NCBI GenBank assembly: GCA_045642545.1
Contig: JAZUJB010000096.1
Coordinates: 1-56,469, forward strand
DNA from: Oscillospiraceae bacterium
GTDB lineage: Bacteria > Bacillota > Clostridia > Oscillospirales > Oscillospiraceae
Direction: 5' to 3'
Length of the DNA: 56,469 bases
Under the pieces are notes generated by a model. It saw nothing but the letters and a program-made list of their open reading frames with translations, searched no databases and was not told where the DNA came from. Positions 31,500-41,846 of this stretch are shown piece by piece. Each line of letters opens with the position of its first letter. The stretch's first letter is position 1. Made by a program: the position numbers and the translations under genes.

Positions 31500-31528
31500 T
31501 TGTCAAATATGCTATGCTGTGGTAAAAT
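31500..31528 (+). promoter_or_regulatory. Sigma-A promoter (extended -10) for the EamA transporter gene
   Basis: TTGTCA, 17 nt (ending TGG), TAAAAT. Confidence 0.5.
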
Positions 31529-31560
31529 ACTTTAGATTATAATGTGTAAGGAATAAAACT

Positions 31561-32469
31561 ATGTGGTTTTGGTTTGCTGTTGCGGCGCTTTTGTGCTGGA
31601 GCGGGTCTGATTTGTTTTCCAAAATCGGCTGCCAGGATGCAGAGGATAAGCATAGCCATCTGAAGATGGTTATGGCTGTCGGCATCGTTATGGGCCTGCA
31701 CGCCGCGTACGAGGTTTTTGTCGGCGGAGTGGAGATTAACGGCCGTATTATACTGACCTATCTGCCCGTATCCGCGCTGTACATACTATCAATGGCAATC
31801 GGCTACCTCGGACTGCGGTATATTGAGCTTTCGATATCCTCGCCAATCTGCAACTCCTCGGGCGCAATCGTTGCAATCTTGATATTTGCAACACGCGGCA
31901 TCGGTGAGCTGCCCCCTGCGGCACTTGCTGCCGTTGCGCTTGTGTGCGTGGGCGTTATCGCGCTCGGCATTACCGAGGCAAACGAGGACGAGGAGCTGCG
32001 CCGTGCGCGTCAGGACTCGGCAAATCACCATTACGCAAAAAGCTGGCTTGCAATTATGCTGCCGATTATCTACTGCCTGCTCGATGCGCTGGGCACATTT
32101 GCAGATGCAAGAGTGCTCGAAACGCTCAATGAGGACTCGGCAAATGTTGCGTATGAGCTGACCTTCCTTGCAGTGGGCATTGTCTGCGCGGTCTATATTC
32201 TCGGCGTTAAGAAGCAAAGACTCGTGCCCAAAATGGAGGTGCCTAAATACGCAGGCGCAATCTGCGAAACGGTGGGACAGTTTGCGTATATATACGCGCT
32301 TGCCGACACGGAGCACGCAGCGCTTGCCGCACCGATTATTTCGTCCTACTGCGTTGCATCGGTGCTGTGGAGCCGCATTTTCCTCAAGGAAAAGCTGTCA
32401 AAGAAGCACTACGCGTCTGTTTTCGTGGTCGTAGTGGGTATAGTTATTATGGGAATACTGGATATCTGA
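31561..32469 (+). CDS. DMT-superfamily (EamA-like) transporter
   Basis: Ten predicted TM helices in a two-EamA-repeat layout. Confidence 0.7.
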   Translation: MWFWFAVAALLCWSGSDLFSKIGCQDAEDKHSHLKMVMAVGIVMGLHAAYEVFVGGVEINGRIILTYLPVSALYILSMAIGYLGLRYIELSISSPICNSSGAIVAILIFATRGIGELPPAALAAVALVCVGVIALGITEANEDEELRRARQDSANHHYAKSWLAIMLPIIYCLLDALGTFADARVLETLNEDSANVAYELTFLAVGIVCAVYILGVKKQRLVPKMEVPKYAGAICETVGQFAYIYALADTEHAALAAPIISSYCVASVLWSRIFLKEKLSKKHYASVFVVVVGIVIMGILDI

Positions 32470-32484
32470 TAAAGGAGCAAAAAT

Positions 32485-33201
32485 ATGGAGAATCCTGTTT
32501 ATAAGAGAGTACTTATCAAAATCAGCGGTGAGGCACTTGCCGGAGAGAAAAAGACCGGCTTTGACTTCGACTTCATTGCCGAGGTCTGCAAGACCGTAAA
32601 ATCCTGCGTGGATATGGGCGTTGAGGTCGGCATCGTTGTCGGCGGCGGCAACTTCTGGCGCGGCGTCAAGGACGGCGCACGTCATGTTGGGCGCGTCAGC
32701 GCAGACCGTATGGGTATGCTTGCAACGGCAATGAACTGTCTTGCGGTTGCAGATGTATTCAAGCAGATAGGCGCAAAGGCAAGCGTACAGACCGCTGTTG
32801 ACATTCAGGGCGTAGGCGAGCGCTACAGCACCGCAAAGGCGATTGAGCATCTTGAAAACGGCGAGGTCGTAATGTTCGCATGCGGCACAGGCAGTCCGTT
32901 CTTCTCAACCGATACCGCGGCAGTGCTTCGCGCAGCCGAAATCGGTGCAGACGCAATCCTGCTTGCAAAGAACATTGACGGTGTTTACAGCGCAGACCCC
33001 AGAACAGATGCAAGTGCGGTTAAGTATGACAGCATCAGCTATGACGATGTTCTTGCACAACATCTGGCGGTTATGGACACCACCGCAACAAGCCTTGCAA
33101 TGGATAACAATATTCCCGTTATCGTATTTGCACTTGCACAGCCCGAAAACATTGTCCGCGTGCTCAAGGGCGAAAAGCTCGGCACACTGGTCACCAAATA
33201 A
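32485..33201 (+). CDS. pyrH: UMP kinase
   Basis: Motifs YKRVLIKISGEAL, VVGGGNFWRG, and GTGSPFFSTDTAA. Confidence 0.95.
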   Translation: MENPVYKRVLIKISGEALAGEKKTGFDFDFIAEVCKTVKSCVDMGVEVGIVVGGGNFWRGVKDGARHVGRVSADRMGMLATAMNCLAVADVFKQIGAKASVQTAVDIQGVGERYSTAKAIEHLENGEVVMFACGTGSPFFSTDTAAVLRAAEIGADAILLAKNIDGVYSADPRTDASAVKYDSISYDDVLAQHLAVMDTTATSLAMDNNIPVIVFALAQPENIVRVLKGEKLGTLVTK

Positions 33202-33235
33202 ACGAAAAATATAATTAACAATAGGAGGTAGCAAC

Positions 33236-33787
33236 ATGTCCGATTATCCTGAATTTGAAAGCAAAATGAAGAAGACCGCAGAGGTGCTCAAGACCCAGCT
33301 CGCATCCGTCCGCGCAGGCCGCGCAAATGCAGCGGTTCTCGACCAGATTACAGTCGATTACTACGGTGTTCCCACCCCCGTTCAGCAGGTCGCATCAATA
33401 TCCGTTCCCGACCCCCGTTCTCTGATGATTCAGCCCTGGGACGCATCTGTACTTAAGGGCATTGTGAAGGCAATCCTGGCATCTGAGCTGGGCATCAATC
33501 CCCAGAACGACGGCAGAGCAATCCGCCTCGTATTCCCTCAGCTTACCGAGGAGCGCCGGAAGGAGCTTGCAAAGCAGGTCAAGAAGTACGGCGAGGAAGC
33601 AAAGGTCGCAGTCCGCAATATCCGCCGCGACGCAATTGACAAGTTCAAGAAGCAGCAGAAGGCATCCGAGATTACCGAAGACGACTACAAGAACATCGAG
33701 AAGGATATTCAGAAGCTTACCGACGACTATATCAAGGAAGTCGAAGGTATAGCCGACAAGAAGGAAAAGGAACTATTCGAAATCTGA
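33236..33787 (+). CDS. frr: Ribosome recycling factor
   Basis: Motifs LASVRAGRANAAVLD and LTEERRKELAKQVKK. Confidence 0.95.
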   Translation: MSDYPEFESKMKKTAEVLKTQLASVRAGRANAAVLDQITVDYYGVPTPVQQVASISVPDPRSLMIQPWDASVLKGIVKAILASELGINPQNDGRAIRLVFPQLTEERRKELAKQVKKYGEEAKVAVRNIRRDAIDKFKKQQKASEITEDDYKNIEKDIQKLTDDYIKEVEGIADKKEKELFEI

Positions 33788-33788
33788 T

Positions 33789-34532
33789 ATGGCAGAGAAT
33801 ATAAAAAACAATGCGGCGGGGGAGCAGGCAAAATGCCTTCCCCGCCATATTGCCATCATATTGGATGGCAACGGCCGTTGGGCCAAAAAGCGCGGTATGC
33901 CGCGCAGCGCAGGCCATCTTGCAGGCGCTGAAAACTTCAGAAAGATTGCGACCTACTGTCAGGAGATAGGCATTGAATACCTGACGGTGTATGCATTTTC
34001 AACAGAAAACTGGAAGCGTCCCGAGGACGAGGTAGGCGGCATTATGAAGCTGCTTGACAAGTATCTGCGCGAGGCCATCAGCGATATGGAGAAAAAGCAT
34101 ATCCGAATGAAGGTGTTCGGCGACACCTCAAGGCTTTCACCCGAGCTGCAGCAGCTTGTTGCCAAGACCGATGAGATTACTCAGCATGTTGAGGGTTTTC
34201 AGGCAAATATCTGCCTCAACTACGGCGGCAGAGCGGAGATAGTGCGAGCAGCACAGCTTTATGCAAATGATGTTGCCGCGGGCAAGGCAGTCGGTGAACT
34301 GACAGAGGAAAAGCTTGCTAAGTATATGTACTCTGCCGATATTCCTGACCCCGAGCTTATTATCCGTCCGGGCGGTGAATACAGACTTTCAAACTTCCTG
34401 CTCTGGCAGTGCGCATATTCCGAATTTTATTATACCGATACGCTGTGGCCGGACTTCTCACCTGATGAGCTTGACAAGGCAATCGAGGTGTTTCGCGGCC
34501 GCGACCGCCGTTTCGGAGGAGTAAAGACATGA
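33789..34532 (+). CDS. uppS: Isoprenyl transferase (undecaprenyl diphosphate synthase)
   Basis: Motifs HIAIILDGNGRWA, YAFSTENWKRP, and RLSNFLLWQ. Confidence 0.95.
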   Translation: MAENIKNNAAGEQAKCLPRHIAIILDGNGRWAKKRGMPRSAGHLAGAENFRKIATYCQEIGIEYLTVYAFSTENWKRPEDEVGGIMKLLDKYLREAISDMEKKHIRMKVFGDTSRLSPELQQLVAKTDEITQHVEGFQANICLNYGGRAEIVRAAQLYANDVAAGKAVGELTEEKLAKYMYSADIPDPELIIRPGGEYRLSNFLLWQCAYSEFYYTDTLWPDFSPDELDKAIEVFRGRDRRFGGVKT

Positions 34533-35674
34533 CAAAGGCAATATCAATTCTCGGCAGCACGGGCTCAATAGGCCGCCAAAGCATTGCGGCGGCAGAGCAC
34601 CTCGGACTGCCTGTTGTTGCGCTTACCGCAAACAGAAAAACGGAGATGCTCGAGGAGCAGGCAAGACGCTTAAAGCCCAAGTTTGTCGCGGTTTACGATG
34701 AAGAGGCTGCAAACAATCTGCGTGTTTCTCTTGCCGATACCGATATCAGGGTCGGCAGCGGTATGGAGGGCCTTATAGAGGCTGCAACGCTTGAGGAGGC
34801 AGACTGCATAGTAACCGCCGTTTCGGGTTCTGTCGGACTCAAGCCGACGCTTGCGGCAATCGACGCTAAAAAGCGCATCGCCCTTGCAAACAAGGAAACC
34901 TTAGTCTGCGCAGGCGAGATTGTAATGCCCCGTGCAGCCGAAAAGGGTGCGGAGATTGTACCTGTTGACTCCGAGCATTCGGCAATTTTCCAGTGCCTTA
35001 TGGGCAGAAAAAAGGGCGAGCTTAAAAAAATTCTGCTCACCGGCTCGGGCGGACCGTTCCGCGGCAAGAGCAGGGAAGAGCTCGTAAATGTAACACCCGA
35101 GCAGGCGGTAAAGCACCCGAATTGGAGTATGGGCGCAAAAATATCCGTCGACTCGGCAACTATGATGAACAAGGGCCTTGAATTTATTGAGGCAATGCAT
35201 CTGTTTGGCGTAACGCCCGACGATATTCAGGTTGTCGTACATCCGCAGAGCATCATTCATTCAATGGTTGAGCTCGTTGACGGCACAGTCATCGCGCAGC
35301 TCGGCGTACCCGATATGGGACTGCCCATTCAGCTTGCAATGACATATCCCGAGCGAGTTGACTCACCGTTCAAGCGCCTCGACTTTGCCGATATGCGCGA
35401 TATGACCTTCGAGGCACCCGACTTTGAAAAAACACCCTGCCTCAAGCTTGCTATGGACTGTGCAAGACAGGGCGGCACCGCACCCTGCATAATGAGTGCG
35501 GCAAACGAGGTCGCGGTTTCGATGTTCTTAAATCACAGGCTCGGCTATAATCAGATTTATGACTGTGCTTTAAGCGCAGTTGAGAGCATAGAAATAGTAA
35601 AAGACCCGAATCTTGAATCCATTCTGGAGGCCGACAAGGCAGCCAGAGAATTTGTCAGGGAGCACTTTTCCTAA
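34529..35674 (+). CDS. dxr: 1-deoxy-D-xylulose 5-phosphate reductoisomerase
   Basis: Motifs ILGSTGSIG, LANKE, DSEHSAIFQC, and HPNWSMG. Confidence 0.95.
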   Translation: MTKAISILGSTGSIGRQSIAAAEHLGLPVVALTANRKTEMLEEQARRLKPKFVAVYDEEAANNLRVSLADTDIRVGSGMEGLIEAATLEEADCIVTAVSGSVGLKPTLAAIDAKKRIALANKETLVCAGEIVMPRAAEKGAEIVPVDSEHSAIFQCLMGRKKGELKKILLTGSGGPFRGKSREELVNVTPEQAVKHPNWSMGAKISVDSATMMNKGLEFIEAMHLFGVTPDDIQVVVHPQSIIHSMVELVDGTVIAQLGVPDMGLPIQLAMTYPERVDSPFKRLDFADMRDMTFEAPDFEKTPCLKLAMDCARQGGTAPCIMSAANEVAVSMFLNHRLGYNQIYDCALSAVESIEIVKDPNLESILEADKAAREFVREHFS

Positions 35675-36729
35675 TGTTTATTATTATCGCAATAATCGTG
35701 TTCGGCATACTCATCGCCATACACGAGTTCGGCCACTTCGTCGCTGCAAAAGCCTGCAAGGTCAGAGTTGAGGAATTTGCAATCGGAATGGGGCCTGCAA
35801 TATGGAAAAAGCAGAAGGGCGAAACCCTTTATGCGCTGAGAATACTGCCAATTGGCGGCTATTGCGCAATGACGGGCGAGGACGAAAAGTCCGATGACCC
35901 GAATGCGTTTACAAATCAGAGCTTCTGGAAAAAACTGATTATCCTCTGCGCAGGCTCGTTTATGAACTTCCTGCTGGGCCTTGTGATGATTGTGCTTATG
36001 TACTCAGGTGCAAAGGCATTCATCGCACCCACCATTGACCATTTCATGCAGGGCTGCCCTTATGAAAGCGCCGAAGCGATGCTGCCGGGCGATACCTTCT
36101 ACAGCATCAACGGTCAGCGTGTGTACCTCGTAACCGATGTATCAAACTTCCTTTCAAGCGGCAGCGGCGTTTACGATATCGTTATGCTGCGCGACGGCGA
36201 AAAGGTTGAGCTAAATAACTTCGAGCTTAAGCCGAGAGTGTACGAGGAGTATGCCGACCAGGGCGAAAAGTTCGGATTTATATTCGGCTATGTCGAGGCA
36301 AACCTCGGCACCAAGCTTCAGTATACCTGGGACACGGCTATGGAGTTTTCGCGCTGGGTATGGCTCGGCCTTAAAGAGCTTGTTTCAGGCTCTGTCGGCA
36401 TTAAGGATATGTCAGGCCCCGTCGGTATAGTCGATATGATGAACGAGGTCGGTCAGCAGGCGGAAACCACGAGAGCCGCTGCGGACAATATGCTCTATAT
36501 CTCGGCGTTTATTGCGATAAACCTTGCAATTATGAATATGCTGCCCATTCCCGCGCTTGACGGCGGCAGGGTATTTCTGATGCTGGTAACTGTCATAATC
36601 GAGAGAATAACACGCCGCAAGCTCGACCCCAAGTACGAGGGCTACATTCACCTCACGGGTATGATTCTTCTGCTCGGACTTATGGCGCTTGTTATGTACA
36701 ACGATATTTCAAAGCTGATTGTGGGATAA
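35674..36729 (+). CDS. rseP: RIP metalloprotease RseP/RasP (site-2 protease, M50)
   Basis: Motif HEFGHF, a PDZ insert, and the C-terminal motif NLLPIPALDGG. Confidence 0.92.
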   Translation: MFIIIAIIVFGILIAIHEFGHFVAAKACKVRVEEFAIGMGPAIWKKQKGETLYALRILPIGGYCAMTGEDEKSDDPNAFTNQSFWKKLIILCAGSFMNFLLGLVMIVLMYSGAKAFIAPTIDHFMQGCPYESAEAMLPGDTFYSINGQRVYLVTDVSNFLSSGSGVYDIVMLRDGEKVELNNFELKPRVYEEYADQGEKFGFIFGYVEANLGTKLQYTWDTAMEFSRWVWLGLKELVSGSVGIKDMSGPVGIVDMMNEVGQQAETTRAAADNMLYISAFIAINLAIMNMLPIPALDGGRVFLMLVTVIIERITRRKLDPKYEGYIHLTGMILLLGLMALVMYNDISKLIVG

Positions 36730-36732
36730 AAG

Positions 36733-37791
36733 ATGGAAAAGAGAAACAGCACAAAGAAGATAACCGTTGGCGGCATTGCCGTCGGCGGAGATGCCGAGGT
36801 TACCGTGCAGTCAATGTGCAACACAAAGACTCACGATGTTGAGGCAACTGTAAATCAGATAAAGCAGTTCAAGGCCGCAGGCTGCGATATTGTCCGTATC
36901 GCAATTCCCGATATGGCTGCCGCCGAGGCGGTATCCGCAATCAAGGAACGCGTGGATATTCCGCTCGTCGCGGATATTCACTTTGACCACCGCCTTGCGC
37001 TTGAGGCGGCTTCCCGCGGCATTGACAAGATAAGAATTAACCCCGGCAACATCGGCGGCGATGAGAATGTCCGCGCGGTTGCCGAGGCCTGCAAAAAGCG
37101 CAATATCCCCATTCGCATCGGCGTGAATGCGGGAAGCCTTGAAAAGCGCCTGCTTGAGAAGTACGGCCACCCCACCCCCGAGGCAATGGTGGAAAGCGCA
37201 AGAGGCCATATAGAGCTTCTCAACAGATATGATTTTGACGATATCTGCCTTTCGATGAAGGCATCGAGAGTGCCGCTTACCGTAGCGGCATACCGCCTTG
37301 CAGCGGAGGAGTTTAACTACCCCCTGCACCTCGGAGTAACCGAAACCGGCACTGCGTGGAACGGAACAATCCAGTCCGCAGTCGGCATCGGCACACTGCT
37401 TTGCGAGGGCATAGGCAATACAATCCGCGTATCGCTGACCGCCGACCCCGTTGAGGAAGTAAAAACGGGAATTGCGATACTCAAGGCTGCGGGACTCAGA
37501 CAGGGCATAAGACTTGTATCCTGCCCGACCTGCGGCAGAACACAGATAGACCTAATCGGTCTTGCCCACGAGGTTGAAAAGCGCATACAGGGCATTGAGC
37601 GCAACATCACCGTTGCGGTAATGGGCTGCGTCGTAAACGGACCGGGTGAGGCGAGAGAGGCCGATTACGGCATTGCAGGCGGCAAGGACTGCGGCCTGCT
37701 AATTAAGCACGGCGAGGTTCTGGGCACATATCCCTACGACAGCCTCTGCGATGCACTTATTGATTTGATTGAAAACGATACTGAGGTTTAA
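36733..37791 (+). CDS. ispG: 4-hydroxy-3-methylbut-2-enyl diphosphate synthase (flavodoxin)
   Basis: Motifs VQSMCNT, IRINPGNIG, and the cluster ligands SCPTCGR...GCVVNGPGE. Confidence 0.95.
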   Translation: MEKRNSTKKITVGGIAVGGDAEVTVQSMCNTKTHDVEATVNQIKQFKAAGCDIVRIAIPDMAAAEAVSAIKERVDIPLVADIHFDHRLALEAASRGIDKIRINPGNIGGDENVRAVAEACKKRNIPIRIGVNAGSLEKRLLEKYGHPTPEAMVESARGHIELLNRYDFDDICLSMKASRVPLTVAAYRLAAEEFNYPLHLGVTETGTAWNGTIQSAVGIGTLLCEGIGNTIRVSLTADPVEEVKTGIAILKAAGLRQGIRLVSCPTCGRTQIDLIGLAHEVEKRIQGIERNITVAVMGCVVNGPGEAREADYGIAGGKDCGLLIKHGEVLGTYPYDSLCDALIDLIENDTEV

Positions 37792-37793
37792 CA

Positions 37794-40700
37794 GTGAGCG
37801 AACACACATCTTTTCTTGAAATATTTCCGAGCACGGCGGGCCTTAAGGCAAGCTGCGGCGGACTTGAAAAAGCATATGTAACCGATGTTGCGGTCAGCAC
37901 GGCAGAGCAGACGATGAGCATTGCCGCTTATTTCGTGCGCATTCCCGCACCTGCAGAGCTTGAGGCTCTGTGCAACAGGCTTCGCTGCGATTACGGCCTC
38001 AGAAATGTTGAGATAAAGGCCGATTACCCCAAGCCGAAGGCGGCATACACTCCGCCCAAGCAGGAGGGAGCAGCCCCTGCAAAGCCCACGGGCGAGGTGC
38101 TTATGGGCAGAAGCATCAAGAAAGCACCCGTTCCGATGTCTAGCCTTACTCTCGACTCGGGCAATGTTGTAATCGAGGGCGATGTTTTCGATGTTACAAG
38201 CCGCAAGCTTCAAAAGCGCGACGGCGCTGTGCTGTGCTTTGATATGACCGACCTCACGGGCTCAATCCGCGTGTCGCGCTATCTGCGCTCCGAGGACGAC
38301 CAGTCGGTAATCAACAAAATCTCAAACGGCGACCATATCATAGTTTCGGGCGTTGTAAACTATAGCCGCTACGATGAGGATATGGTAATCGAGCCGCGCC
38401 ACATAATGAAGGGCAAAAAGCGAATTCGCACCGACGATGCGGAGGAAAAGCGCGTTGAGCTTCATATGCATACAAGATTTTCTACCCTCGATGCTCTTAC
38501 CGAGCCCAAGGAAATCGTAAAGCGCGCGGCATATTGGGGCCACCCCGCAATTGCGGTAACTGACCACGGCGTTCTTCAGGCCTTCCCCGATATGTGGCAG
38601 GCAGGTAAGAAGCACGGAGTCAAGATTATCTACGGCCTCGAGTGCTACTTTGTAAATGACCTTGACGGCAGCCTTGCCGTTCACGGCAGCAGCGACCTGC
38701 CGATAAACACCGAAATGGTCGCATTTGATATTGAAACAACGGGCCTTAATGCAGGCTCTGACCGCATGACTGAAATCGGCGCTGTAATCTTCGCAGGCGG
38801 CGAGGTCAAGGAAAGCTTCAACACCTTTGTAGACCCGGGAATGCACATTCCCGCAGAGGTTACGCAGCTGACGGGCATCACCGATAAAGATGTCAAGGGC
38901 GCACCGAGCGAGGGTGAGGCAATGAAGGCCTTCCTCGAGTTTGTCGGCGGCAGACCGATTGTTGCGCATAATGCTGATTTCGATACGGGCTTTATGGCAT
39001 CTGCGGCAGCACGCTGCGGCATTGAGTTTGAGCCTGTATACCTTGATACGCTTGCGCTTTCCCATGCGCTTTTGCCCGATTTGAAGCGCCATAAGCTCGA
39101 CATTGTTTCAAACCGTCTGAGCCTGCCCGACTTTAACCATCACAGAGCATCGGACGATGCGCTTGTCGTTGCGCGCATAATGGGAAGATTTTTGCCTATG
39201 CTCGCTGAAAAGGGCGCGGAAACGGTAAACGATATTCAGCGCATCTACCGCGAAATCAAGCCTGCCGACCACAGCAAATCGCGCCATATGATTTTGCTTG
39301 TAAAGAACAAGGTAGGACTTAAAAATCTCTACGAGATGGTTTCGCAGTCATACCTCAAGTACTTCTACAAGACACCCACAATACCCAAGAGCCTGCTGAT
39401 TAAGCACCGCGAGGGAATATTTGTCGGCTCCTCCTGCGGAATGGGTGAGCTATACGGCGCGGTTATGCACGGCGCATCTGACGCGGAACTCAAGCGCATA
39501 GCCTCGTTCTACGACTATCTCGAAATCCAGCCTATCGGCAATAACCGCTTCCTCATCGATAACGGCGTTGTCAGCGATGAAACTGTGCTGCAGGACTATA
39601 ACCGCCGCATACTCAATATCGGCAGACAGCTCGGCAAGCCCGTAGTTGCCGCAAGCGATGTCCACTTCCTCGACAGTGAGGACGAGCAGTACCGCAAGAT
39701 ACTGCAGGCTGCAAAGAAATTCAGCGATGCCGACCGCGGCTGCCCGATATTCTTCCGCACCACAAACCAGATGCTCGACGAGTTTGCATATCTCGGAGAC
39801 GAGGTTGCAAAGGAGGTCGTCATCACAAACCCGAACGCAATTGCTGCGCAGGTTGATGAAATCGAGCTGCTGCCCAAGGAACTGTTCCCGCCGAAGATTG
39901 AAAACTCCGCGCAGGAGCTCAAGGACCTTGTCTACGGCAAAATGCAGTCAATTTACGGCGAAAACCCGCCTGCAATTGTCAAGGACCGCGTTGATACCGA
40001 GCTGAACACGATTCTCGACCACAGCTACGATGTTATTTATATGAGCGCACAGAAGCTCGTTCAGAATTCACTTGAGCACGGCTACCTTGTCGGCTCGCGA
40101 GGCAGTGTAGGCTCATCGATTGTTGCGTATATGTCGGGCATCACCGAGGTTAACTCGCTGCCTCCGCACTATGTCTGCCCGAAGTGTAAGCACTCGGAAT
40201 TCATAACCGACGGCTCTTTCGGCTGCGGCGCGGATATGCCTCCGAAAAACTGCCCCGACTGCGGCGAGCTTATGCGTCAGGACGGCTTTGACATCCCGTT
40301 TGAAACCTTCCTCGGCTTCCCCGGAAACGAAAAAACACCCGATATCGACCTTAACTTCTCGGGCGAATATCAGGCGCAGGCACATAAATATACTGAAGAA
40401 CTCTTCGGCTCTGACCATGTTTTCAGAGCCGGCACAATCGGCACGCTTGCGGAAAAGACCGCTTACGGCTATGTTAAAAAGTACCTCGAGGAGCGACAAC
40501 TCAAGGTCACAAAGGCGGAGGAAAACCGACTTGCAAAGGGCCTTGTAGGCGTAAAGCGCACCACGGGTCAGCACCCCGGCGGACTTGTTGTCGTTCCGCA
40601 GGATATGGATGTTACGGACTTCTGCCCCGTTCAGCATCCCGCCGATGACCCCAAGAGCGGCATTATCACCACACATTTTGAGTATCACTGTATGGAGGCA

Positions 40701-41798
40701 AACCTCCTTAAGCTTGACGAGCTCGGTCACGATGACCCGACTATGATTCGTATGCTTGAGGACGCAACGGGCGTTGATGCAAAGAAAATTCTGCTGTCAG
40801 ACCCCGAAACTATGCAGATATTCACAACCCCGACTGTGCTGAAGCTTCCCGATGATGACCCCATTATCGGAAAAACGGGCACAATCGGCATACCCGAATT
40901 CGGCACACCCTTCACCCGTCAGATGCTTGTTGAAACCCAGCCCACGCAGTTTGATACACTTGTCAGACTGTCAGGCTTCTCACACGGCACCGATGTATGG
41001 GCGGGCAATATCCGCGACCTGATCGTAAACGGCATTGCAACGGTTAACGAAACCGTCGGCTGTCGAGACGATATTATGATTTACCTCATTCAGAAAGGTA
41101 TGGAACCCAAGCGCGCCTTCAAGTTCATGGAGGCTGTCCGTAAGGGCGCAATACATAAGGGTAAGTCGTGGCCCGACGGTATCGTTGAAGAGATGCAGTC
41201 GCTCGGCGTTCCCGAGTGGTACATTGAATCCTGCCGCAAGATACAGTACCTTTTCCCGAAGGCACACGCCGTTGCATATGTTATGATGGCGTTCCGCATT
41301 GCATGGTTCAAGGTGCATGAGCCGCTCGCGTTCTACAGCGCATATTTCTACCGCCGCAGTCAGAAGGACGGCTTTGACGCTGAAATGATGATGGGCGGTG
41401 CTGATGCGGTAAGGCGCAAGATAAACGAGCTTAAGAAAAAGCCCGATATCACCGCCAAGGAAGACGACCTTATGACCACTCTTGAGGCGGTCTACGAGTT
41501 CAATATGCGCGGATTCGAGTTTGCGCCTATCGACCTGTATAAATCCGATGCGGTCAAATTCATCATCACCGATGACGGCAAGCTTCTGCCGCCGTTTGTG
41601 GCAATATCGGGCCTCGGTGAAACCGCGGCACGCGATTTGCAGAAATGCACAGCCGACGGACAGACCTACATTTCAGTTGAAGAGGTCAGCGCAGCCTGCC
41701 CCAAGGTCAGCCAGAGCCACCTTGATACGCTCAAGCGCCTCGGCGCACTCGGCGAAATGCCTGATGAGTCGCAGATAAACCTGTTTGACGCATTTTAA
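37794..41798 (+). CDS. polC: DNA polymerase III PolC-type alpha subunit
   Basis: PHP domain (ELHMHTRFS), an inserted DEDD exonuclease (FDIETTG), a zinc finger (CPKCKH...CPDCG), and the polymerase core. GTG start. Confidence 0.95.
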   Translation: MSEHTSFLEIFPSTAGLKASCGGLEKAYVTDVAVSTAEQTMSIAAYFVRIPAPAELEALCNRLRCDYGLRNVEIKADYPKPKAAYTPPKQEGAAPAKPTGEVLMGRSIKKAPVPMSSLTLDSGNVVIEGDVFDVTSRKLQKRDGAVLCFDMTDLTGSIRVSRYLRSEDDQSVINKISNGDHIIVSGVVNYSRYDEDMVIEPRHIMKGKKRIRTDDAEEKRVELHMHTRFSTLDALTEPKEIVKRAAYWGHPAIAVTDHGVLQAFPDMWQAGKKHGVKIIYGLECYFVNDLDGSLAVHGSSDLPINTEMVAFDIETTGLNAGSDRMTEIGAVIFAGGEVKESFNTFVDPGMHIPAEVTQLTGITDKDVKGAPSEGEAMKAFLEFVGGRPIVAHNADFDTGFMASAAARCGIEFEPVYLDTLALSHALLPDLKRHKLDIVSNRLSLPDFNHHRASDDALVVARIMGRFLPMLAEKGAETVNDIQRIYREIKPADHSKSRHMILLVKNKVGLKNLYEMVSQSYLKYFYKTPTIPKSLLIKHREGIFVGSSCGMGELYGAVMHGASDAELKRIASFYDYLEIQPIGNNRFLIDNGVVSDETVLQDYNRRILNIGRQLGKPVVAASDVHFLDSEDEQYRKILQAAKKFSDADRGCPIFFRTTNQMLDEFAYLGDEVAKEVVITNPNAIAAQVDEIELLPKELFPPKIENSAQELKDLVYGKMQSIYGENPPAIVKDRVDTELNTILDHSYDVIYMSAQKLVQNSLEHGYLVGSRGSVGSSIVAYMSGITEVNSLPPHYVCPKCKHSEFITDGSFGCGADMPPKNCPDCGELMRQDGFDIPFETFLGFPGNEKTPDIDLNFSGEYQAQAHKYTEELFGSDHVFRAGTIGTLAEKTAYGYVKKYLEERQLKVTKAEENRLAKGLVGVKRTTGQHPGGLVVVPQDMDVTDFCPVQHPADDPKSGIITTHFEYHCMEANLLKLDELGHDDPTMIRMLEDATGVDAKKILLSDPETMQIFTTPTVLKLPDDDPIIGKTGTIGIPEFGTPFTRQMLVETQPTQFDTLVRLSGFSHGTDVWAGNIRDLIVNGIATVNETVGCRDDIMIYLIQKGMEPKRAFKFMEAVRKGAIHKGKSWPDGIVEEMQSLGVPEWYIESCRKIQYLFPKAHAVAYVMMAFRIAWFKVHEPLAFYSAYFYRRSQKDGFDAEMMMGGADAVRRKINELKKKPDITAKEDDLMTTLEAVYEFNMRGFEFAPIDLYKSDAVKFIITDDGKLLPPFVAISGLGETAARDLQKCTADGQTYISVEEVSAACPKVSQSHLDTLKRLGALGEMPDESQINLFDAF

Positions 41799-41802
41799 GA
41801 CA

Positions 41803-41838
41803 AAATAATCCCCACTGCTTTTGCAGTGGGGATTTTGT
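41803..41838. terminator. Bidirectional terminator between polC and the convergent gene
   Basis: Stem AATCCCCACTGC/GCAGTGGGGATT with loop TTTT. Confidence 0.85.
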
Positions 41839-41846
41839 CGTTTGTA

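Noticed and set aside
31454-31560. Spo0A boxes in front of spoIIGA.
   Set aside because: Only two TGACAA-type partial matches occur (TTTGACAA and AATGACAA on the minus strand). Neither matches TGTCGAA/TTCGACA well enough, and the spoIIGA start codon itself is uncertain.
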